Below the pieces are notes generated by a model. That model had not been told where the DNA came from. It was given only the letters and a program-made list of their open reading frames with translations, and did no database searches. A DNA stretch of 29,963 bases from a virus (lineage: Duplodnaviria > Caudoviricetes): positions 1 to 29,963 of the IMG/VR virus record IMGVR_UViG_3300005805_000323, one strand, 5' to 3'. Positions within the stretch are counted from its first letter, which is position 1. The number at the start of each line of letters is the position of its first letter. Shown here one piece after another: positions 18,552-26,805 of this stretch. Both the position numbers and the translations under genes were made by a program.

Positions 18552-19355
18552 TTAAGGTTTCGTCACTGTTATAATATAACCATAATTATCATTTGAGTCT
18601 ATCTCACCAAGTGCTATTGTCAACTCTGCATTGCTTGTTGGTGTGCCGTTGGCTGTTAGACCCGGACGCGTATCTATCGAAGAAAGGTGTAAATTTGGTG
18701 TTGAGGTGTTATCGTATATATTTGTGTTTGCAAATTTAACAACACCACTCTTACGTACAGGTCCAAATACGTATGCTTTCATTGTGAAGTTTAACGTCCA
18801 TATTAAACTACGACGAGTTACATAGTCACCTTCATAATCATCTTGTACATCAACGCTATTGAGAACAACAGGAATGTCAACAGTAATATCCATTTCCGGA
18901 ATAAGCTCAACAGTCGTTGTCCATTCAGGAGTGAAGAAAGGAAGAATTTGCTCAACTATGTTTGCACCATCTTCTGCATTTTTTACTATAATTGATAATG
19001 TAAACCCTATATCATATGGAACAGGATTGTATTGATATGACAGTTTGTTTAGGTCTGATGCATCTTGTTTGTATCTTTTTCCAAGTGTATTAAGTTTGCG
19101 AGTGCTTGCATAAGACATACTAGCAATCTCAAACGTCATCCTTGGAAGTTGGATTGCTGGCATTTTATTCAACTCAGGATCAGACACAACACGAGCAAGC
19201 ACTTTTTCGCGGGGACCGTAGTTAATTGGTACCTTCACACTTTGATTAATATCCGTGTCCGCATCATATCTATTAAGGTAGATATCATTGAATAGTGTAC
19301 CGAAGAGAGCAACATACTTTCTTACAACACCGTGATAATAGGTATGTCCAAACAT
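18552..19355 (-). CDS. gp15: tail sheath stabilizer / terminator (T4 gp15)
   Basis: FGTLFNDI, KVPINYGP.EK, LPRMTFE, EQILPFFTP and WTLNFTMK motifs. Confidence 0.93.
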   Translation of the reverse strand: MFGHTYYHGVVRKYVALFGTLFNDIYLNRYDADTDINQSVKVPINYGPREKVLARVVSDPELNKMPAIQLPRMTFEIASMSYASTRKLNTLGKRYKQDASDLNKLSYQYNPVPYDIGFTLSIIVKNAEDGANIVEQILPFFTPEWTTTVELIPEMDITVDIPVVLNSVDVQDDYEGDYVTRRSLIWTLNFTMKAYVFGPVRKSGVVKFANTNIYDNTSTPNLHLSSIDTRPGLTANGTPTSNAELTIALGEIDSNDNYGYIITVTKP

Positions 19356-20095
19356 TAGTATGTCCCTTCACTAAAAGGATCACGCTCTGTAAAATCGATG
19401 ATTGAATCTCCAACGGTTTCAAAATCATCGTTTTGTGCAGATGGATCGGCCACATTAATATCATAATCTTCTTGAACAAGTGGATACCCCTGCTCATCTG
19501 TAAGAAGATAACCATCCTCTGTTAGAATACCATCTGCCTCGAGACCAAGACTGTAATTCTCCATTAAGCGATCGATAGCAGCAATCTTCGTATCAAAGTA
19601 TTCATTACTATACTCAAACAATTCACATTTCAAATCATAAACCTGCAGCGAACCTAGCTGATAGAAGATCGATTCATGCTCAACAAATCTTATTTCAAAT
19701 ATCTTCTTATTGAGCGGGAAGTAGACTAGATCACCCTCTTGTGGTCGCTCTCTTGCGGTATCACCAGTAGCAGCATCTGCTGATCCAATTTCATTTGAAA
19801 AAGTACGACGAGCAATAGTAAATGTAATTTGATCGCGGATCTGTAAGTTAAACTTGGAAAGAAAATCACCCTCCCCCTCAAATCCTTCAACGTTCTTAAT
19901 ATACAACTCTACAGGAATAGCTGTTGTGTAGCTACGACGCGCATCTTCACTCCAGATACCATCTACCGATCCCGTATTTCTTGGCAAGTAAAACATATCA
20001 AGTCCATAAATTTTTATAGACTCAATAATCAAATCTTCCAAAAGAACTTGCTCTTGGCTATTTGTAAAGTTGTTAAAGAAGAAGTTGGTAGCCAA
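19355..20095 (-). CDS. gp14: neck protein (T4 gp14)
   Basis: ESIKIYG, YLPR, RPQEGDLVYFPL, FYQLG and DF.ERDPF motifs. Start is probably the TTG at 20095 (MATNFFF). Confidence 0.92.
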   Translation of the reverse strand: MATNFFFNNFTNSQEQVLLEDLIIESIKIYGLDMFYLPRNTGSVDGIWSEDARRSYTTAIPVELYIKNVEGFEGEGDFLSKFNLQIRDQITFTIARRTFSNEIGSADAATGDTARERPQEGDLVYFPLNKKIFEIRFVEHESIFYQLGSLQVYDLKCELFEYSNEYFDTKIAAIDRLMENYSLGLEADGILTEDGYLLTDEQGYPLVQEDYDINVADPSAQNDDFETVGDSIIDFTERDPFSEGTY

Positions 20096-20099
20096 AAGA

Positions 20100-20843
20100 T
20101 TACCCAATCATATCTGCAACAGGCAGGCTGTAATTAAGAATCATGTCTTTTTCCATTGCCTCAATTGCATCTTTTGCATCATTCATAATTTTTTCACCAT
20201 TGAACTGCACACCACCAGGTAGTTGCATACCAGTAAATTTGGTGAGATTGGATCCCCACTGATACTTAATTTTCTCTGTACAATAGTTCTGCAACCAGCG
20301 ATCTGACCACACTTCGGAGAATGTATCGGGATCAAGCACCTCATACGCTTCCACAAGGATAAAGTCTCCTACATTGTAATTGTCCCACTTCGTGTCAATG
20401 AATAAACGGTCGCGGTGTCTGCTATAACGAATTGGCTGCTGACCAACAAGAAACTCAGATATCAATGCAAGATGCTGCATAGCCATGTAATAAGGAATCA
20501 TGGAATATGCAGTTAGGGTGTATAGGTCGTTCAACGCAATCTGATAGCGAATGTTAAACATATCATCAGATCTGATAGAAGGATCACCAATTGGAAATAC
20601 TCTCACCGCACCAATAATATTTTCCGGAAGTGTTATGTATTTGTTAGCTTTATCTGCTTCCGTTACAGCATGTTTATAGTAAACCTTCTCCGTGCCATCG
20701 AAGTGATAATCCCAGTAATAACGAATAGATTCATCGATACGATCTTCTACCTGATCGTCATCCACGTTGATTTCTATTACAGGCTTACCTAATTTACGAA
20801 GGCAGTATTCTTTAAATTCTGCTCTTGATGATGGAACCGCCAT
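20100..20843 (-). CDS. gp13: neck protein (T4 gp13)
   Basis: YCLRKLGKPVIEINVDDDQVEDRI, YHFDG and QWGSNLTKFTGMQLPGGV motifs. Confidence 0.95.
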   Translation of the reverse strand: MAVPSSRAEFKEYCLRKLGKPVIEINVDDDQVEDRIDESIRYYWDYHFDGTEKVYYKHAVTEADKANKYITLPENIIGAVRVFPIGDPSIRSDDMFNIRYQIALNDLYTLTAYSMIPYYMAMQHLALISEFLVGQQPIRYSRHRDRLFIDTKWDNYNVGDFILVEAYEVLDPDTFSEVWSDRWLQNYCTEKIKYQWGSNLTKFTGMQLPGGVQFNGEKIMNDAKDAIEAMEKDMILNYSLPVADMIG

Positions 20844-20861
20844 AATATCTCCTTTTTATAA

Positions 20862-20869
20862 TATTTATG
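20862..20869 (-). promoter_or_regulatory. late promoter variant CATAAATA upstream of gp13
   Basis: Overlaps the upstream stop codon; followed by an AAGGAG ribosome-binding site. Confidence 0.55.
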
Positions 20870-21182
20870 CAATGCGGGTTCCTGAAGAGTCGTAAACGCG
20901 GAAAGCTGTATTTTGTGTTGTATTATCAGCAAACGTCAGCGTATCATTTGTTGTAATTTTTACAACGGTACTGTTGGAAAAGAATGTATTAGCACCCACA
21001 CTAATTAGCGATAAATTAGATCCAACCTCAAACGCAACAGACCCATTTGAAGAAAACAGTTTTCCATCAGGTAGATTAATAGCAAGCTCACCAGCATCAA
21101 TAAATGTTGTATTTGATGAGTTTGTTGTGTTTGGTACACGTCCTGAAACGGTTGTTCTTTTAAGCTGTAGCTTATTAGCCAT
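20865..21182 (-). CDS. small virion protein with a fibre-anchor-type N-terminal domain
   Basis: MANKLQLKR...P...GELAINLPDGKLF resembles the N-terminal module of many phage fibres (Mtd N-terminal-like). Confidence 0.65.
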   Translation of the reverse strand: MANKLQLKRTTVSGRVPNTTNSSNTTFIDAGELAINLPDGKLFSSNGSVAFEVGSNLSLISVGANTFFSNSTVVKITTNDTLTFADNTTQNTAFRVYDSSGTRIA

Positions 21183-21190
21183 GGTTTTTG

Positions 21191-21595
21191 TTACTCCGTT
21201 GCTATCTCTTGAACTTTTTTCTTCAATCTATCAGCTTTAGCCTTTTGTGATTCTTTCTCAAGGGTCAATTTATTAACAAGTGCTTGTAACTCTACGGTTT
21301 TCTTTGCTTGCTCGCTGAGCAGCACTATTGATTTTTCACTTTCCGCTTTTTCAGCCTCAAAAGAACTCACCTGTTTTCTGAGATTTTCAATAGAAGCGTT
21401 CATAGCTGCATTTTGTTCATGCAGCATCTTTACTTGTCCCTCCGTATTGGAAAGCTTTTCACTAAGTTCTGTAGCTTTTACAGCATGTCTCTCAGCGACA
21501 GTCAACCTTGCTTCAAGCATAATGTTTCGTGCCATTAAGTCATTTATAACATCACGTTGTTTTTCAACAAATACATTAACCAAATCAACTTCCAT
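21191..21595 (-). CDS. coiled-coil hypothetical protein
   Basis: 134-aa ORF rich in E/K/L heptads, with a GAGG ribosome-binding site. Confidence 0.7.
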   Translation of the reverse strand: MEVDLVNVFVEKQRDVINDLMARNIMLEARLTVAERHAVKATELSEKLSNTEGQVKMLHEQNAAMNASIENLRKQVSSFEAEKAESEKSIVLLSEQAKKTVELQALVNKLTLEKESQKAKADRLKKKVQEIATE

Positions 21596-21611
21596 AATTA
21601 CCTCTCAAGTA

Positions 21612-24272
21612 TTAAAATGTTCCACCATCCAAAGTTGTGTAGGCAACAACGCCACTTGATATCTGCAGTACGGTACCCTCTGTACCTTTTGCTAAAGCTT
21701 TGAATCCGTTTGATGAATTAGCAACTAAAATATCTTCTACTGTAAACGAAGCAAGTCCGGTACCACCCGAAGTACCTGGTAGCGCTGTGCTTAGAGACAG
21801 CGTGTTCGCTACAATTGCAACATTTAGAGTACTGTTTGCCGTTAGTGCAATTGTAGTTGCGTTAGCAATAAGACCTGAAGCACCAGCACCACCTGTTTTG
21901 AGGAAGGTTTGCAACGTTGCAATTTGGAACGTATCATTGGCTGTATCTACAGTCGTTGTTGGTGATGGCTCTAGATTCTGGAATAGTTTGTACACACCAC
22001 CATCGCTTGCATCGCGGAACAAGCCAGTATGCTCATGATCACCCGCATCACCAGCTTCGTAGCTTCCAAAGAAACCAATATCAAGAACATCGGACGTTGT
22101 GTTGTTTGATGCAAGTTGAATCAGCGAATCTGTCACTGTAAGATTGTTTGCACTTACTGTTGTCAGTGTACCAGTAATGGTTAAGTTACCACTAATTGTT
22201 GCATCGCCCGTCTGGAATGTACCAACTGACAAGTGACCTGTTACAGATGCATTTTGCGCAAAAGATGCGTTACCACTTACTTGCAGAGTAGATGATACAT
22301 TTGCAAAACCAGTGATAGTTGTGTTACCTAATGCTGCCGTATTGTTAACTGTCAACGCACCGTTTACAGTAGCTGCACCAACAACATTAAGTGTTGAGGA
22401 AACGTTAGCAAAGCCAGTGATTGTCGTATTACCAACAGCTGCTGTATTGTTGACGGTAAGTGCACCATTAACAGTTGCTGCACCCACAACGTTGATTGAG
22501 GAAGTTACGTTTGCTGTTCCGCTGATTGTTGTGTTACCAACGGACGCTGTATTATTAACAAGGAAAGCACCGTTTACTGTAGCTGCTCCAACAACGTTCA
22601 AAGAAGACGTTAGGTTGGCTGAGCTCATTGTCATTAGACCTGTAACACTTAATGTATTTGAAAGTGTTGCAGCACCCAGTACTGTTAACGTACCATCTGT
22701 TTCAATTGCAGTTGGTGTAATAAATGTATTAACTGTAGAGTTACCTACGTTAATACGATCGGAAGTTAAATTAACATTTGCACCAATATTAAGTGCTGTG
22801 GCGTTTACAGTACCACCAAAAGTACCGTAGCTACTTGCATTTACAAAACCAGTAATAGTTGTGTTACCCGATGCAACAGTAGCTGTTGTTGTAATCGCAG
22901 AGCCAGTTATAACCGTATTCTCTGTTGCTGACCCAACCTTAATAGTTGTCGATGTTAAAACAGCATTTGTCGTGCTATTTCCTACATCAATCTCTGTCGT
23001 TGTTAGATTTACGTTTGCACCAACGTTTATAGCAACAGCATTGACTGTACCAACAGTTGTATTACCAACAGTGATACCACCTTGTGTAATTGTAACATTG
23101 CCTATTGTATTACCAACAGTGATACCACCTTGTGTGATTGTAACATTGTCTGTTGTATTACCAACGCCAATGGATGTTGTATTTACATTTACATTTGCAC
23201 CTACATTAAAACCAACTGTTGCGTTAACTGTACCGGTAGTATTAACATTACCAGTTGTCATCAACGTGGTTACACTTGTTTCCGTTGTATTTGCTTTAAA
23301 ACTTGTTCCAACACTAACTACAGCTCCATTAACAGTACCTGATGTGAATAAGCCGCTACTATTTGCAATCACTGAAGAACCAACACTTAACACCGAAGCG
23401 TTAACCGTACCGGTTGCAAAAACGTTGATGGTTGATACTGCAACACCTGTTATGGCAGTGTAGACTGTTGTGTTACCAACGGCAACTTCAGCCGCGTTTA
23501 TTTTCTTTACAACACCCAAACCACCAGCAATAGTTACTGCACCGGTTGTTGTGTTTGAACTTTCTGTTGTTCCATTTACAGCAACGGACGCACCGTTGAT
23601 CTGCGTATTAACTGTAGAGTTACCAACATTGATTTGTGTTGTTGAAACGTTTACGTTAGCACCAATATTAAGTGCTGTGGCGTTTACTGTACCACCTGTG
23701 GTGATTGTCGTTGGTGTGACAGCAGTATTAACAGTTGTGTTACCAATTGTTAGTGTATCTGTTGTATCATCAAACTTGAAATCACTTGAACTCGTCAAAA
23801 AGTTTGATGAATTACCAAAACCAACTTGTGTGTTTGTAACAATAGGTTTTGCATCAAGAACATATCCTTCAACATATGTCTTAATTGCATAAGAGGTTAC
23901 AAGTTCCGTATTTGAGCCACCAGCAGAAGCACCTATTTGTGTACTGTTTGCGGCGGTTGAGATACTTGTGACGTTGACAGTAGTACCATCGGATCCAACA
24001 ATCAGCTTGTTTGTTTTCCATTCGGTAACATAACCATTACCGTTGGTAACAACAACCGCGTTAGCAGTAAGTGCACCTGGAGATGAAACGTTTGCTTGAT
24101 GTAACCAAAGATACTTACCACCACCTATGCGGATAGCATTATTCGATCCATCACCGACAAACAACGAGTTGGATGTGCTTAATAACGAGTAAGCTAACTC
24201 ACCTGTTACTAAACTACCAGATACTGGTGCATCGGTAGCCGTACTTCTTTTAATCTGAATTAAGTTAGCCAT
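21612..24272 (-). CDS. long Thr/Asn/Val/Gly-rich fibre protein with internal repeats
   Basis: N-terminus IQIKRS...GELAY...LFVG; beta-repeat shaft; HTGLFRDASD...KLF domain; ends LDGGTF; lies upstream of gp13. Confidence 0.75.
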   Translation of the reverse strand: MANLIQIKRSTATDAPVSGSLVTGELAYSLLSTSNSLFVGDGSNNAIRIGGGKYLWLHQANVSSPGALTANAVVVTNGNGYVTEWKTNKLIVGSDGTTVNVTSISTAANSTQIGASAGGSNTELVTSYAIKTYVEGYVLDAKPIVTNTQVGFGNSSNFLTSSSDFKFDDTTDTLTIGNTTVNTAVTPTTITTGGTVNATALNIGANVNVSTTQINVGNSTVNTQINGASVAVNGTTESSNTTTGAVTIAGGLGVVKKINAAEVAVGNTTVYTAITGVAVSTINVFATGTVNASVLSVGSSVIANSSGLFTSGTVNGAVVSVGTSFKANTTETSVTTLMTTGNVNTTGTVNATVGFNVGANVNVNTTSIGVGNTTDNVTITQGGITVGNTIGNVTITQGGITVGNTTVGTVNAVAINVGANVNLTTTEIDVGNSTTNAVLTSTTIKVGSATENTVITGSAITTTATVASGNTTITGFVNASSYGTFGGTVNATALNIGANVNLTSDRINVGNSTVNTFITPTAIETDGTLTVLGAATLSNTLSVTGLMTMSSANLTSSLNVVGAATVNGAFLVNNTASVGNTTISGTANVTSSINVVGAATVNGALTVNNTAAVGNTTITGFANVSSTLNVVGAATVNGALTVNNTAALGNTTITGFANVSSTLQVSGNASFAQNASVTGHLSVGTFQTGDATISGNLTITGTLTTVSANNLTVTDSLIQLASNNTTSDVLDIGFFGSYEAGDAGDHEHTGLFRDASDGGVYKLFQNLEPSPTTTVDTANDTFQIATLQTFLKTGGAGASGLIANATTIALTANSTLNVAIVANTLSLSTALPGTSGGTGLASFTVEDILVANSSNGFKALAKGTEGTVLQISSGVVAYTTLDGGTF
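22283..22600 (-). repeat. three tandem 35-aa (105-bp) repeats in the fibre gene
   Basis: Unit NVVGAATVNGALTVNNTAAVGNTTITGFANVSSTL, three degenerate copies; boundaries approximate. Confidence 0.85.
23057..23165. repeat. 48-bp near-perfect tandem repeat in the fibre gene
   Basis: ttgtattaccaacagtgataccaccttgtgtRattgtaacattg at 23057 and 23105, with a partial third copy at 23153. Confidence 0.9.
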
Positions 24273-24496
24273 TAAAAGCTTCCCCCATCTAAGTCTAGTA
24301 GTTTGACAATATATCTGTCAGTGCCTGGATCATAAACAAGAGTGCTTCCTGCGACCGTGTTCGCATTATCACCTACCACATCCAATAGACTGTCTAGACG
24401 TCTATTGGCATCCGCCTGAATTGTGTTTTTTAACGTAATTGGTGTAATTGGTTCAACAACCCCACCTGATAATTTAACTTTTATACCTGCGCTCAT
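24272..24496 (-). CDS. small hypothetical virion protein ending LDGGSF
   Basis: Overlaps both neighbours by 1-4 nt; L..L.DV...GSTLVYD motif seen in phage fibre-related proteins. Confidence 0.65.
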   Translation of the reverse strand: MSAGIKVKLSGGVVEPITPITLKNTIQADANRRLDSLLDVVGDNANTVAGSTLVYDPGTDRYIVKLLDLDGGSF

Positions 24497-24819
24497 CTCG
24501 TTACCCTTGGCGTCACAGTAACGATCCCCTCAACAATCCGCGTTGTTGTTGTGCCTACAGTAAGGATAACATCGTAGACATACCTACCCGGTGTAATGTT
24601 TGCCGTTTGCGTGTCTGTTAAAGATAACGTTACTACACCCTGTGCTTCTGTTATTTCTGTAGAAAATGATACGGAGTTAGATGAACTGTATGTTTTTCTT
24701 AATTGCGCACTTGCTGTATACCCCACAAGAGAAACAATGTTATCCTCATCATCCGTGAGGGTGATTGAGGTTGAATAATCCGTTCCCTGATCAATTGTGA
24801 GATTTGCTTTTATTGCCAT
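24493..24819 (-). CDS. hypothetical structural protein (Ig/BppU-like beta-sandwich)
   Basis: NLTIDQGTDY, GYTASAQLRK, GRYVYDV and RIVEGIVTVTP pattern common in T4-like virion gene clusters; late promoter upstream. Confidence 0.65.
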   Translation of the reverse strand: MAIKANLTIDQGTDYSTSITLTDDEDNIVSLVGYTASAQLRKTYSSSNSVSFSTEITEAQGVVTLSLTDTQTANITPGRYVYDVILTVGTTTTRIVEGIVTVTPRVTR

Positions 24820-24847
24820 GGCGCAGTCGGTTTTTGTTTTTCTCGTT

Positions 24848-24855
24848 TATTTATA
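24848..24855 (-). promoter_or_regulatory. T4 late promoter TATAAATA heading the fibre module
   Basis: Exact consensus about 30 nt upstream of the ATG at 24819. Confidence 0.85.
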
Positions 24856-24869
24856 TAACCAAAAACTGT

Positions 24870-25445
24870 TCACTTTTGGCCAATAACCATGAACCTATTC
24901 TTGTGACCAAGATTACGTCTCGCTGCAAACGTCACCCTACTCAAATCTAATTTCTTCAAGAACTCCTCCGTTGAGGATGATATGTTAACGTGTCCAGGAT
25001 CATTTTTGTTATCACATGTTTGAAGCACATACAGACACTGTGGCCCTTCTTTCAACATCTCCGTGTACTCGGACATGTGCTCACACGATGTGTTAATCAC
25101 TATGTCAGCGTTGAAGTGTTTGTATGTGAAGGTTGCATCAAAATGATGAAATGATATGTTTGGCTGTCGGTGTAGCCTTTTGGCAACTTCGATATATCTC
25201 TCATTGATATCGTTAAAATAAATTCTTGACGGTTGAATGAATTCATTGAGCATTGGTACGAGGTAGCTACCATACCATCCACCGAGAACAAGTACTGAGG
25301 GGTTCCGCTTGTATTGTTGATTAGCCAAGCTATCAATTAGCCATTTTTTTGACGTATACTGCGTTTTACTCAAAGAATCTCCAAAGTCGTGTTGATCTAT
25401 ATCCGACCTAAGTATAGATGAAACATTTATTAAATATTCGTACAT
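24870..25445 (-). CDS. class I SAM-dependent methyltransferase-like protein
   Basis: VLVLGGWYG (motif I), YFNDIN (motif II), FDAT and DIVINTSCEHM. ATG at 25445 (MYEYL) preferred over the GTG at 25454. Confidence 0.7.
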   Translation of the reverse strand: MYEYLINVSSILRSDIDQHDFGDSLSKTQYTSKKWLIDSLANQQYKRNPSVLVLGGWYGSYLVPMLNEFIQPSRIYFNDINERYIEVAKRLHRQPNISFHHFDATFTYKHFNADIVINTSCEHMSEYTEMLKEGPQCLYVLQTCDNKNDPGHVNISSSTEEFLKKLDLSRVTFAARRNLGHKNRFMVIGQK

Positions 25446-26183
25446 ATGGGTCACTTTGCTATCATTTGTGTGAAACTGGGTACCAAATATCCCAGCTTCA
25501 TGGTAAACAATTTATATAAAATGTGTAAACGACACATCACCCACCCGTTTGACTTTTTTTGTTACACTGACAATACAGATGGAATAGATCCCAATATCAA
25601 TATAATAGACTTTGTCGAGCACGGTCTTGATGTTGTTGTATACAACAAAATGTTCTTGTTTAGTAAATTTATTGATCAACAGCTACCAAATTGTCCACGA
25701 ATATACTTTGATCTCGATATCGTAATAAAAGGAAGTGTTGACGATATTCTATTTGAACAAAATGATCTAACTGTCATTGACGCAGAATGGCGTCAAAAAC
25801 ACCCCTACGGATTCCCAATATTTCATCACCCGTTTAACAGTAGCTGTATGTTGTGGCAAGCCCCACGAACAAGAGCTATATGGGAATATGTAATGAAGGA
25901 TCCGGAGATGTTTATGAACAAATATCACTGGGGAATGGATTCTTTCATGTTTTATGAAAAAGAAAACATAAACGTTAACATTGGATATTTTCCGGTTCGG
26001 AAATTTTATTCTTTTCTATACGGCGTAGACTATGAAGAAAATGTTATATACGATCCAATTACAAAAGGATACAGGCCCAGCAAGTTTGTTGAGATAACAA
26101 ACACAATACCTGTTGTGTTGCTCAATGGTCCTACAACTATTGATGATTATCTAAAAGTGTATCAAAAGCACTATGCTGATTGA
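25446..26183 (+). CDS. glycosyltransferase-like protein (GT-A fold)
   Basis: ICVKLGTKY...V..L..M...H...F.F.CYTD, KMFLF, YFDLD (DxD) and NSSCM. Only credible plus-strand gene; fills the gap between its neighbours. Confidence 0.75.
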   Translation: MGHFAIICVKLGTKYPSFMVNNLYKMCKRHITHPFDFFCYTDNTDGIDPNINIIDFVEHGLDVVVYNKMFLFSKFIDQQLPNCPRIYFDLDIVIKGSVDDILFEQNDLTVIDAEWRQKHPYGFPIFHHPFNSSCMLWQAPRTRAIWEYVMKDPEMFMNKYHWGMDSFMFYEKENINVNIGYFPVRKFYSFLYGVDYEENVIYDPITKGYRPSKFVEITNTIPVVLLNGPTTIDDYLKVYQKHYAD

Positions 26184-26803
26184 ATATCATCACACATATT
26201 TTGCCACATACCTTCGTGTGGAATAATATACCCTAAAGTAACACGTTCTTCTTCCGCTGCACTAGCACAATGCCAGTAAATTTTATCTGGCTGATGCCAG
26301 GCGCCATAATAACCTACCTTACACGTCCATCCTGGCGTGTCCTGCATAGTTACAATTTCTTTAGTAATAGGATCTTGATATCTAAAGAATCCAGTTCCCT
26401 TTTCCGACCAAGAAAGAAGAATATTGTAACCAGATGCATTAGCATTGTGATGCCAGCCCATGTATCCACCTTTTGGATATAACATCTTCACAGCATTATT
26501 ACGCGAGCCGGACCAGTTCATTAGATTGTGATCCAACTTTAACAACGCTTCAGCAAGCGACTGTTGTGGAGGACGGAACCTCATCAAATCAACGCCTAGT
26601 GTTTTTTCTGGAAATCCATCGACTTTCTTTCCTTGCATGTGTGCAAGATATTCCATACCAGTTGCATATTCCGGCGTCACAGGACCTTCCTTTCCAACCC
26701 CTGCATCGTAGGGATAGGAAGATCGGTCCGCTCTTAACAAAACCTGAAGCCAGCTGTCAAGAATCTGTTTTAACTCACTGTTGTTAATTGGGATTTCTTT
26801 CAT
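26171..26803 (-). CDS. cupin/DSBH protein, 2OG-Fe(II) oxygenase-like
   Basis: YPKGGYMGWHHN...YWHC...RVTLGY gives an Hx(D/N)...H...R spacing. Confidence 0.55.
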   Translation of the reverse strand: MKEIPINNSELKQILDSWLQVLLRADRSSYPYDAGVGKEGPVTPEYATGMEYLAHMQGKKVDGFPEKTLGVDLMRFRPPQQSLAEALLKLDHNLMNWSGSRNNAVKMLYPKGGYMGWHHNANASGYNILLSWSEKGTGFFRYQDPITKEIVTMQDTPGWTCKVGYYGAWHQPDKIYWHCASAAEEERVTLGYIIPHEGMWQNMCDDIQSA

Positions 26804-26805
26804 AC

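Noticed and set aside
1143-20843. Introns, inteins, homing endonucleases or stop-codon recoding in core genes
   Set aside because: Core genes are uninterrupted, of ordinary length, and translate fully in the standard code.
21700-23892. Several 70-200-aa plus-strand ORFs rich in V/T/A/P
   Set aside because: Antisense frames of the repetitive fibre gene, whose codons rarely create stops on the opposite strand.
20865-24272. Diversity-generating retroelement, suggested by Mtd-like N-termini and dispersed repeats
   Set aside because: No reverse transcriptase in the window, and the repeat pairs are both coding and lack adenine-specific differences.
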